Part shown: positions 37,730 through 47,308 of the stretch, piece by piece
How the letters are laid out: every line of letters begins with the position of its first letter
Numbering within the stretch: position 1 is the first letter of the stretch
IMG/VR virus record: IMGVR_UViG_3300018080_000116
Coordinates: 1 to 64,000 of that record
DNA from: a virus
DNA length: 64,000 nucleotides
Reading direction: 5' to 3' (one strand)
The notes under the pieces: model-generated
Seen by the model: only the letters and a program-made list of their open reading frames with translations
What the model was told of the DNA's origin: nothing
The model's database searches: none
Made by a program: the position numbers and the translations under genes

Positions 37730-38131
37730 ATGCTCCCAAGAGTTGTTTACCAGATGACGGTCCACGGTGCCTACATCGTGGGTAGCTTCGCCAAGAAATT
37801 ATGCGGCGAAGACATCGAAGTCAACAACGACTTCGACCTGCTTGTGCCGTTGGAGAAATGGCAGACGGTCGCCCTGTTGATCCCGAATGATGCTCGCCCC
37901 AATAAGTTTGGCGGCTGGCGATTCAAGACAGACTTTCAGGGTGGCGAGGTTGAAGTGGACGTGTGGCCCGACACCCTGGACAACTACTTGCGGAACTGTA
38001 AGACGAAATACGGTGGCAAGGTCTACGCCGTAGACTTCGTGAACAACAGGGCCTTCTCTTCCGAGTGCGTAGACATCGACGCCGTGCTCGCCAAAGAGAA
38101 TGGCAAAAGTACCAAAGGGAAAAAGAAATGA
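37730..38131 (+). CDS. Minimal nucleotidyltransferase-fold protein
   Basis: GAYIVGS...NNDFDLLV...EVDVW: hG[GS]-DxD-D catalytic pattern. Confidence 0.6.
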   Translation: MLPRVVYQMTVHGAYIVGSFAKKLCGEDIEVNNDFDLLVPLEKWQTVALLIPNDARPNKFGGWRFKTDFQGGEVEVDVWPDTLDNYLRNCKTKYGGKVYAVDFVNNRAFSSECVDIDAVLAKENGKSTKGKKK

Positions 38132-39150
38132 ACAAGCTGATTGCTTTCCACAACACAACCAACATGATTACCACGCAGCAGTTGGACGATCTGATTAGGC
38201 GTTACGACGCCTTGAGCCAGACGGCCAATCACGACGAGGAAGCGTACAACCAGCAGACCGGTCTTGTGCAGACGCTCAAGCTGTTGGGCCTGCACGAGGC
38301 GTTCCAGATTCGTCGTCAGCAACTCGAAGACGGCTACGTGCCACGTGTGTTGATTACCGTCAGCATCGTGGGCGAGAAGGTGGCCGAGCCCACGTATTCG
38401 TTTGCCCTGTTTGCTCCCGATGGTATGAGTGCCGAAGATGCCATGCGTAAGCTGGAAGACCTGCGTGACGAGTACCTGGAAGGCAACGACGGTATCTTCG
38501 AGCCCGAAGGGTACGTGGACTTTGTGTCCGCTGTTGGTTTCGACCAGTACACGTTCTGCAATCATCTGGTGCTCGACATCAACGACAATCGAACACTGTG
38601 GGAAAACCACTACGAGTGCTCAAAGTGCGGCGAGAAGTGGACCGACACCCACACTTGCCAATGCAATGATCGTTGTCCGAACTGCAACACCGAGATCGAA
38701 CCAACGGAATCTGTGGAGATCAAATGACCTTTACATCACAACATCCCGACTGCGCCTTCCTGGGCACCTACGTGCTCTACACCGGTGACCAGGACGACGA
38801 CCAAGCCGCAGTGGCCGAGATTCACTTGGCCATGAGTGGCGGCAGCTACGAAGTGTACGTGCAGTCCCATTCCGGTGGGACTCCGATTGCCACGTTCGCC
38901 AAGTACCCGACCTACGAAGAGGTCGTCGAAGCGGCCAACAAGGCAGGCGTTGCGCCCGAACCCGATTATGAGGTTTGCCCGCATTGCGGTGGGCCGCTCG
39001 AACCCGACGTGGAGTATATGGGCGAGGGTTACCAAAACATTCCTCGCAATGAGCAAACCCTGTACTGTGACGACTGCGATCTTGCAGGAACCTACGAAGA
39101 AATCCTCAACCAAGAACCCAACGAATGACGAAGTTTATAGGGGTTGAAGT

Positions 39151-39558
39151 ATGACCAGCTTGACCCAACTGCAAACTGTTCTTCGAGAAGTGCGTGATGA
39201 ATTCTTGGAAGGTCCAGAACTGCCAATTACTTCCAGGCAGATCAACAACGGTTGGTGCGCTGACTTCGCCACGATTGTGTGGGAGAGAATGGGTAGTCCG
39301 CTCGACTTGCATTTTTATTCCGACGAAGACCTGGGGGGCGCAGAATACACCCACACCTTCCTCGAATTAAATGGGCTTTATTTTGACTCTCAGTGCATTG
39401 AAGGTGTAGATGACTGGACGCAGTTGCCGATCTTCCTAGAGGGGGAAGTGGGGTGTTGCGACCAGTGCGGCAAAATCGTCGCCGAACATGAGACAGAAGA
39501 GGGCGCATTGTGTAGGGGGTGTTGGAACAAACGAGAAGTGGAGTGTGTCGTATCCTGA
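39151..39558 (+). CDS. Putative papain/transglutaminase-fold protein (paralog of 54182-54544)
   Basis: INNGWCADFA...YTHTF...YFDSQCIEG gives a Cys-His-Asp order. Confidence 0.45.
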   Translation: MTSLTQLQTVLREVRDEFLEGPELPITSRQINNGWCADFATIVWERMGSPLDLHFYSDEDLGGAEYTHTFLELNGLYFDSQCIEGVDDWTQLPIFLEGEVGCCDQCGKIVAEHETEEGALCRGCWNKREVECVVS

Positions 39559-39657
39559 ACGGAATACTCCAAGGTGAGTCCGGTAATGACCCGAGAGCCT
39601 TGGGGAAGAGACTGCCGGGCTAGTAGCGCTCGATCCCGGCAGTCTCGAAACCCGTTC
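39557..39657 (+). ncRNA. Candidate three-way-junction structured RNA
   Basis: P1 GAACGG/CCGTTC, P2 CTCCAAGG/CCTTGGGG, P3 GAGACTGCCGGG/CCCGGCAGTCTC, with GAAA at the junction; fills the intergenic gap. Confidence 0.45.
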
Positions 39658-39687
39658 TAAATTTCACAACGATTGGAGGAATTGGAA

Positions 39688-40371
39688 ATGAGAAACCTTG
39701 TTCATTTGGTGTGTCTCGTCGTCATCTTGCTGGCCAGCCATTACGGTGCCTACAACGAAGGGCTGAGCGATGGTCTTCGTTCCCACGTCGAGTTGGACGA
39801 GCCGACGCAGACCTACACGTGCCCGCCCATCGTCGTCGAGTTAGGTGAACCGACGCAAACCTACAGCACGCCCGATCTGCAACACGAACCGTTGTTCACG
39901 CCGACCGACCTGGACGAAGTGTTCAAGAATGAGAACCCGTACCGCATCCGCAGCATCTTCGATCCCGAGTACGAACCCGACCCCGAAGTCAAGCGGCTGC
40001 CGCCTGTTGAAGACGAGGCCGAGCCCCCGAAGCGTGAGCGAGGGGGCTGTACCGGACCCGTGGAGAATTTGTGTCAGCAGCACAAGTTGCCGAGTTGGTA
40101 CGAACCGGTTTATTGGGGATACGATGACATCGAACCGAGGCTCGTTGGCGGTGGTCTACGACCGATTGCGAAAGAGCCCGGCGTGATCCTCAGTGGCCAT
40201 CCACACGCCATGATCCGAGTCACACAGTATGAGTGGAATCTGATTAACCTGCGACGTGCGCAGTATTATGCTGATCCGCTCACTCGACTGGAAGAACAAC
40301 GCCAAGACTACGACATGGTTCGCATGGACAACCACGGCCAAGTGTGCTGGTGGACGAGGAACGGAAAGTGA
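39688..40371 (+). CDS. Hypothetical exported or membrane-anchored protein with a short internal duplication
   Basis: N-terminal hydrophobic segment; VELDEPTQTY/VELGEPTQTY repeat at a 48-bp period. Confidence 0.6.
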   Translation: MRNLVHLVCLVVILLASHYGAYNEGLSDGLRSHVELDEPTQTYTCPPIVVELGEPTQTYSTPDLQHEPLFTPTDLDEVFKNENPYRIRSIFDPEYEPDPEVKRLPPVEDEAEPPKRERGGCTGPVENLCQQHKLPSWYEPVYWGYDDIEPRLVGGGLRPIAKEPGVILSGHPHAMIRVTQYEWNLINLRRAQYYADPLTRLEEQRQDYDMVRMDNHGQVCWWTRNGK

Positions 40372-40566
40372 AGACGATCCGAGTTGAAGTGCAACTAAGC
40401 GACGAAGACCTTGCGGCCTTCCTCCACTATCACCAGTTGGTGTATGGCGAGAAGCCAAAGGATGTTCGCAAGGCTCTTCGTCGCCGGTTGGGCGATGCCA
40501 TTGACGCAACAGTGAACGACTGGCACGTCCAAATGGAAGAGAATCCCATCGGCGAAGACGATTAAG

Positions 40567-40595
40567 TTTACATTCGCCTTTTGCTGGGCTACAAT
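40567..40595 (+). promoter_or_regulatory. Class I promoter
   Basis: TTTACA-17 nt-TACAAT. Confidence 0.75.
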
Positions 40596-43500
40596 TTAAA
40601 GACAAGGGGAACCCACGATGCCGAAACCGCACGGACCAAAAGACGAATTGCTCGAATCAGCGGAGATCGACGCCCTGGTTCAAGACTTGTTGAAGGGCGA
40701 CAAGCCCACCAGAACCGAAGCGGCCCGGCGAGTCAAGCAAGACCTTTGCCCCGTTGACATCGTGCGTGTGTGCATCGAAGTCTCCTGTCAGTCGCCACCC
40801 GATAACAATTGTCTGACGCACGACAACCTTACCGTTCTTGCGAACCGGATGAACCATGACGTGCCCTAAGTGTGGAAAAGACCATGCCAGCCGACGCCCA
40901 TGCGGACCAATGTCAATCGACCCTGCCACCATACGTGCAGCAGTTCGTAGACTCACACAAGGTTCATCGAGTGCAACAGGCAGCGCCGAACCTCAACGTG
41001 TGGATTGTCGAGTGGGAGTGGACCGGCAGGCCGGTTCAAGACGTGGTTTATCTGGCGTGCAACAGCGAAGGCGAGTGGCTTAACTTCAGCGGCAGTTACT
41101 ACAGTCAAGCCTGCGATCATGCAAGGAAATAAGTGATGCCACGATTGCGAATGACTAAGGCTAGGATTGAAATGCTTGTGCAGAAGCGGCATCGTTTCTG
41201 CATCGAACTGAATCCCCGAGCCAAAACCGCCAAGGGTAAGTTTGCCCGACTGTGGGAACTGCGAGCACTCACCAGCAAGATAAAGACTCGACCCGGTTTT
41301 TGGCGAACCTCGGTCGTCTTCCAAGCCGAAACATTGAGAGAAGTGGCGGCGAAGGCCAAAGAGCTATTGGGTGCCGACACGTTTTTGTGCTACTTCCATC
41401 GCTTCGCCCTGCCGGTGCCGGATGGTCGATACATGCGGTTTCACTGCATGGAAGACTTGGCGGAATATCGAAACGCCCACCCCGACGTGGAATTCGGCCA
41501 TTGGAAATCAGACACGGCCATTTCGTTGCCCATGTATTTGGATGACAAGAACGTGTTTGATAAACACGATGCAGAAGAGTGTGCGGCAGGTGGCGAAAAG
41601 ATAGGTCCAAGACCTGGGCCGTCCCCATACGACGAAGACTGAAATTTATTCTCCCCAAACCGTGAGGCAGTTGCCATGAGAACAGACGTGTACGGTCAGA
41701 TCAGTGGCGACCACAACACGCAAAGTGTTGGTGGTCGAAGAAACAACACCAGCGTTGACGCTTGGATCAACACCGACAATGCCACCAAGAGTGATTGCGG
41801 CATCCGGGTTAGTGGCCGAGTGTATGGTGAGCGCAGCCTAAACGGTCGTATGCGGAAGACCTGTCACGGTTGTGGTTACAAGTGGGGCGAAGGTCATTGG
41901 GACGAAGGGAACCACGAGTGGGTGCCCCACGAAGACGATGATCGTCGAGAGTGCCCGCAGTGCGGTGCCACTCGTCAAGGCATCGACACTCGCAAGAGTC
42001 AGTTCATCGTGCGGTTGCCCGATCAGACCGATGACAACTGCCATATCGAAATCACAACGCCTCACCATGAGGCGACCAAGATACTACAGTTTGGTGCCGC
42101 CTTGGTTACGGTCCAAGGTGTTATGCAACAGGCCGAGGGTATCGAGAAGAAAGAGCCCGAACTTGTGCAGCGTGGCAAGGTGCGGATCAAGCAGGCCATG
42201 CAGTTGTTGGAAGAACATGAGGCCGAGGGTGACAAAGCGTTGCCCAACGTCACGCTGCCCGGAGGCGTCACACTGGCACACGCCCTGGCTTGTGTCGCCC
42301 TCGTTGAAAGAATCGTCAAGGGCGAAGCCCATTCGGACAGTTGATGAAAGAGATCGTAGTCAAACTCGATGACGACGTATGGGAAGACCTTCGCCGAGCG
42401 GCAGGTGTTCGCATGAGAATGGGCGTTGCGTCTCCCACGGTTGTCGATGAATTCTCGCTCAAGTTGATCCGGGCGATTGACGAGGGCGAAACGGAAAAAC
42501 ATTTTCAGTATCGAAATCCTAACGAACCGAGGGACTAAAGCACCATGACCACTGCAATTGGCACCCAAGGTATTGTTGTGTGTGACGGCGAGAGTGGGAT
42601 GCGCCGCCTTTCCATCACCAACAACAACGGCGGCACGACGTTCTTGCCCGAGGGACGATACCTTGTTGAACTGGTTTACGGTTTCGAGGATGAAGAGACC
42701 GGCACCGTTCGTCACGGTCGCCTCCTGCGAGAGGAAGACATCCAGGTCGCTCGCAAGGTTGGCACCTGTGAGTACGATAGCGAGTATTGGCGCAAGCGTG
42801 TCGAAGGGCCGGATGCGAAACCACACGACCGTGACCACCTTCGACGTGTGCTCGAAGCCGAAAAGAACTTTGACCCGAGCTACGTTTACTTCCATGTTTG
42901 GTCCAGCAATCCAAATTGGTTCCCCGGCGAAACGGAGTGACCATGAGCGGCTACGTTATTAAGAGAACCGATCAAGGCGGTGGATACCTGGGCCACGATC
43001 CAGGCAACACCGGTGAGACCTGGGTGCGTGATCTTTCCAAGGCCCGACGTTTCCCCACTGAGGAAGCTGCCGACGAAGAACGCTGCCCGCAAAACGAAGT
43101 GGTTGTACCTGTTGAGAGTTTGTTGAAACCCATGCACTAACCCTACGGAGCACCAGTACCATGCAAAAGTATTTTGTTTGTCAGATTAACGGCGAGAAGT
43201 TGACCTTGGGTGCAATGGACGAGAAGCCTTCGCTCGAAGAGGCACTCGCACTTGTGCGAAAGATCGTCCAAGAGAACGGCGTCAAACTGACGCCCGAAGT
43301 CGAAGACGAAATCAACGGCACCTATGGATACGTCGATGAAAACCTGGAATGGTCCGTGCAGGTTGGCATCGTTGGGTGAAGGATCAAAACTAACGGACTC
43401 GGAGAGCAACCCATGAAGGTTGTTGTAATCAACTGTCTCGTCTTGCAGCGTGCAGACGTACAGGCCGTCGTCAAAAAGGTAGAGGGCAAGTCACTGCAAT

Positions 43501-44134
43501 GGCATATCGACGAATACGCCATCTGCGAGGGATTGGCCAAAACCCGTGAACGACTGACCGCTCAAGAGTTTGAGTTGAGAGACCTTCAACAGGAAGGAAA
43601 CGCCGATGGGAAGTAACTATAACATGCAGGAAATTGCCGCATTGCAAAAGATCGGTGGGTACGATGTTCCGCTGGACCAGTGGGACCACTACTTGGACCA
43701 CGAAGACCTGACCACCGACCGAACCAAGGCTCGTGACCTGACGAGCCCATACGGCAGCCTCCACTTCGCTGTTGGGTTTGGTGAGGAAGGCGACGAGAAC
43801 GGCGACTGGATGACCTGCTTTGACTATGCCGAATTGCCGGATGGTCGGATCGTGCTCCATGCCGTTGTCAACACCGACTCTGGCGGCTACATCGGCGATG
43901 CCGCTTATTTGGTCGTAGAACGCTCTGAGGCCGTTTCTGTGGCCATCCGGCTGGTTGAAGAGGCCCTAGAGGGTGTCAGCGTGAACGACGGCGAGCACGA
44001 CGCTGAGGGCTGGAATCAGACGCCTTGGTATTTCCCTTGTGCCGTCGCCTCGTTCCTGGGGGTGAGACCCTGGGCCGACCTGCCCGAGGATGAATTGAGG
44101 AAATCCCCCGGACCCCCGGAAATCTGAAAATAAA

Positions 44135-44193
44135 TCCGAACCTTTTCCCCTTTCCCGTGTATAAGGGAGTGGCAGGGCAAGCCCTGCCACTCC
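44135..44193 (+). promoter_or_regulatory. Class II promoter plus 5' stem-loop
   Basis: TCCGAACCTTTTCCCCTTTCCCGTGTATAAG, then a perfect 13-bp stem GGAGTGGCAGGGC-AA-GCCCTGCCACTCC (44166-44193). Confidence 0.78.
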
Positions 44194-45730
44194 TGCACGC
44201 TTACAGGAGACCCGAAATGACGATTACCCACGTAACCCCGACAGGAACCACCGTCAAGGCCCTGCAACTGGCGAAAGACTCGACCTGGAAGCGACACAAC
44301 CGTGGCTTCAAGATGCCCAAGGGCGACATCGTTTGGACTGACGCCCACCTGGACTTCGACAAAGACCGCAAGCGTGTCCGCATCAGCCGAGTCGAATTCG
44401 GTTACGAATATCGCCGGTACATCGACCCTCACAAAATGGTGGAATTGGTGAAGAAATGAGTTTTCCCCGGCAGCGGCAGGAACTTCTCGATCCCGTGCTC
44501 AACGACCTGAGCGGCATCCCTGGGGTCGTCTGTGTTGAGCCAGACGACTTCGACTCTACCTCCATCAACGTCTTTCTGACGTTGGACGTGGAACGCCACA
44601 CCGGTTTCCGTCTTCGACGCCCCGACGTGTTCGTGGCCCCTCTTCGATCCACGAAGGCAGGCGTCAAGCATGTCTGCAAGGAACACGGCGTCTCGTTCAA
44701 CTTCCTGGACTGGCCGGTCAAGCAGTACCAGTATTGGGACAAACGCAATCCCAAGGTGCCCGATGGTTACCAGCACGGTTACATCAAGATCGAGGTCTTT
44801 GTCTGAAAATTATTTTCATCCGCAGGAGAATCAACATGCTGGCGTTCATCATCGCATTGGTGATCCGCCTGCTACTCCGAGCGACCTGTGTCCCGTTTGG
44901 GTTTGTCCAACATCAGAATGAAGATGGACTGCAAACCGGCAGGGCGATACGGCCCTGGAAAACGGAATACGGCTAAGTGTTCTGCAACTCGGACGCAGGT
45001 GAGTTTTTATCATTGCAAGAGGATGGGAGTGGACGACGGTTCTCGGACCAACAGGCATCACAATCACACGCCGCACACGCCGGGCCATTTGGCAACACCG
45101 CCCGCCGACAGCGGCTAACCAGCCTGCGAGACACCTAGAAAAACACGATGGTGCCGGGCGTTGAGCGCTCAACTACCTGGGCCGTCGTCCACCACTTTTT
45201 CTGGAACAAGGGACATGACAACCGTACCGCTGAAAGATCGCAAGCAACCCTCCAAGTCATACGCCGATTGTGTGACCATCGAAGCAACTCGCACGTTTTG
45301 GTGTGGGGCCGACAACAACTTCTCCGGTGAATGGCGGCACGCCGGTGGCACCGAATGGAAGCCCGAAGATCAGCTTGACCCCGACGACGACGAAGCCGGT
45401 GGCCACTTGAAGTTCGGCAGTGATATTTGGGCCGATTTAATCTGTGCCATCTTCGACGACAATAGTCTTGGGGATGTATGTTACGACGTGATCGGTGGCT
45501 CCGTTACCATCGACATGAGCGAGTGTAAGTGGACCGAGGAACAGGTCATCGCCCTAATCGCCGAGGCGCTGGCACACCTGGAAGAGGGCTGGCCGATCCA
45601 CTACGACTGCGAACCCTACCTGCACAACAAGACCGGCAATCCCAACTATGTCGATCCCGAGTGGCGATTCGGCAACATTGTGCTGCCCGAACGCATCCAG
45701 GACTTGATCGGCTATAAAGTTCAAGAAAAT

Positions 45731-45762
45731 ACCGAACCCTCTTGAGCCCTCGTGTGTATAAG
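45731..45762 (+). promoter_or_regulatory. Class II promoter overlapping the end of the upstream CDS
   Basis: ACCGAACCCTCTTGAGCCCTCGTGTGTATAAG. Confidence 0.65.
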
Positions 45763-46190
45763 GGGGCGAACACGAGGAACCGTGAAATGCAATTCATCAC
45801 CTGCAACGACTTTTTCAGCGGCAAAGCCTGGGAGAACGATGTTGCTCTCAACAATCGCAATCCTTGTGTTGTGTGCGGCAAGAACTGCCGCCCCACCGCA
45901 CCGAGCATCGTTGTGGTGGATGGTGGAACCGGCGCTCTGCTTGCCACCGAAGATGAAATGGAAGCGGCAGACGATCCCGGCTTCATGGGTGCTTACGCCA
46001 TCGGCCCGGATTGTCTAAGGCAGCGACCCGAACTGAAACCGGCCATAAGGAAGTGACCATGCACCTTCGATTCTTTTTAATGCAGCAAGGCATCCGCTTG
46101 CCTCAACAGCAGGCCGATGATGAACGAGAGGAAAGTAAGCCCAAGGATGGGAGTGACAACCAAGAGCCCGAGAAAGAAAGGTAGAGATCA

Positions 46191-46316
46191 ATGGGCAAGA
46201 GTGGCAAAGAGTGGAAGAAACGACAGCAGCAGCGCAACCGGAACCGTGGTCGCAAGCGTGACGACAACGACCGACGCCAGCACGACAGCCGACGCCAGCG
46301 CCGTAGGGCTGCGTAA
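46191..46316 (+). CDS. 41-aa arginine-rich peptide, absent from the ORF track
   Basis: MGKSGKEWKKRQQQRNRNRGRKRDDNDRRQHDSRRQRRRAA; AGGTAGAG upstream. Confidence 0.5.
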   Translation: MGKSGKEWKKRQQQRNRNRGRKRDDNDRRQHDSRRQRRRAA

Positions 46317-46353
46317 CCAGATTGTGTAACCCCAAACTGTTAAGGAAACGAAA

Positions 46354-46947
46354 ATGGCCAAAGCAACCATCAATGGTGACCGGCAATTGCTGGTCTACCT
46401 CACCAAGGTGCTGACTGCGAAGACCGCAGGAAAGACCCTCGGTGATCGCATCCGAGAGGAAGAGCCTCTGCCAGTCGGCAAGCATGACGTGTCTGGCACC
46501 ATCCAGTTTAGCCTGACTGCCAACGTCAGCGAAGATTGCGAAACCGACCGCTTCAAGGGTGTCGGCCTGGATGAAGTGCTCACCTGGATCATGGCAACCG
46601 TGCCCGGCTTCATGGAAGACAAGCTGCGCAAAGCGGCTGCCATCGTCATCGAGATCAAGCGTGCTGAAATGGAAGGCCGCAAGATCAAGGCGACGACCTG
46701 GACCGACGAGAACGGCAAGGTCCACAAGATTCTTGTGCGTGAGATCAAGGCTGAGCAGGCCAGGGTTCAAGCCTGGAAAGAGCGTGCCCAAGAGACGATG
46801 GCTCCGTTCGCCAAGGTCATCAAAGAGACCGTGACGGCCAAAGGCCGAGTGTCGGTCTCCAACGTGGACGTGAAAGTCACTACGGACGAGGGGCAGCAGA
46901 AGCCCACGGTGCCCGTGGTGCGTGTCAGTAGTGTCACCGCAAAGTAG
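46354..46947 (+). CDS. Hypothetical basic protein
   Basis: AAGGA RBS; 197 aa; typical codon usage. Confidence 0.65.
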   Translation: MAKATINGDRQLLVYLTKVLTAKTAGKTLGDRIREEEPLPVGKHDVSGTIQFSLTANVSEDCETDRFKGVGLDEVLTWIMATVPGFMEDKLRKAAAIVIEIKRAEMEGRKIKATTWTDENGKVHKILVREIKAEQARVQAWKERAQETMAPFAKVIKETVTAKGRVSVSNVDVKVTTDEGQQKPTVPVVRVSSVTAK

Positions 46948-46986
46948 CGGTGTGTTCAGCAGCAGGAACCGAATAGGAGTTTCAAC

Positions 46987-47274
46987 ATGGCCCGAAAGAA
47001 ACGAGGTCGCCCCCCGGTCTACAGCAGCAAGCTGTTGCGTAGGCGAATCGCCAAAGTGGCGGAAGACGTTGGCTTGGAAGAGTCAATGTATGTCTTGCAG
47101 GCCCGCAACGGCGTCGTAGGCATCACCAAGGTTGAGCGTGAGAGAGCCGCCATCCGCCGCAAGCATGGCCTGCCGAAGCCCTTCGCCAAAATCTCGATGC
47201 CGACCATCAGCAAGTTCTGCAAAGAGAATGGCGTGACCTTCGAGCGTGGCCGACGACCGGCAAAGGCTGCGTGA
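46987..47274 (+). CDS. Basic DNA-binding protein with AT-hook-like motif
   Basis: MARKKRGRPP...ERGRRPAKAA; AGGAG RBS. Confidence 0.6.
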   Translation: MARKKRGRPPVYSSKLLRRRIAKVAEDVGLEESMYVLQARNGVVGITKVERERAAIRRKHGLPKPFAKISMPTISKFCKENGVTFERGRRPAKAA

Positions 47275-47284
47275 TCCCGTGCAA

Positions 47285-47308
47285 GCCCCCGGCACTTGTG
47301 CCGGGGGC
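47285..47308. other. GC-rich hairpin (CCCGGC family)
   Basis: GCCCCCGGCAC-TT-GTGCCGGGGGC; 21/22 identical to 17889-17910. Confidence 0.7.

Noticed and set aside
39557-39657. Hammerhead ribozyme call
   Set aside because: The CUGANGA core is absent and the C15.2-G16.2 pair is not formed; kept only as an unclassified structure.
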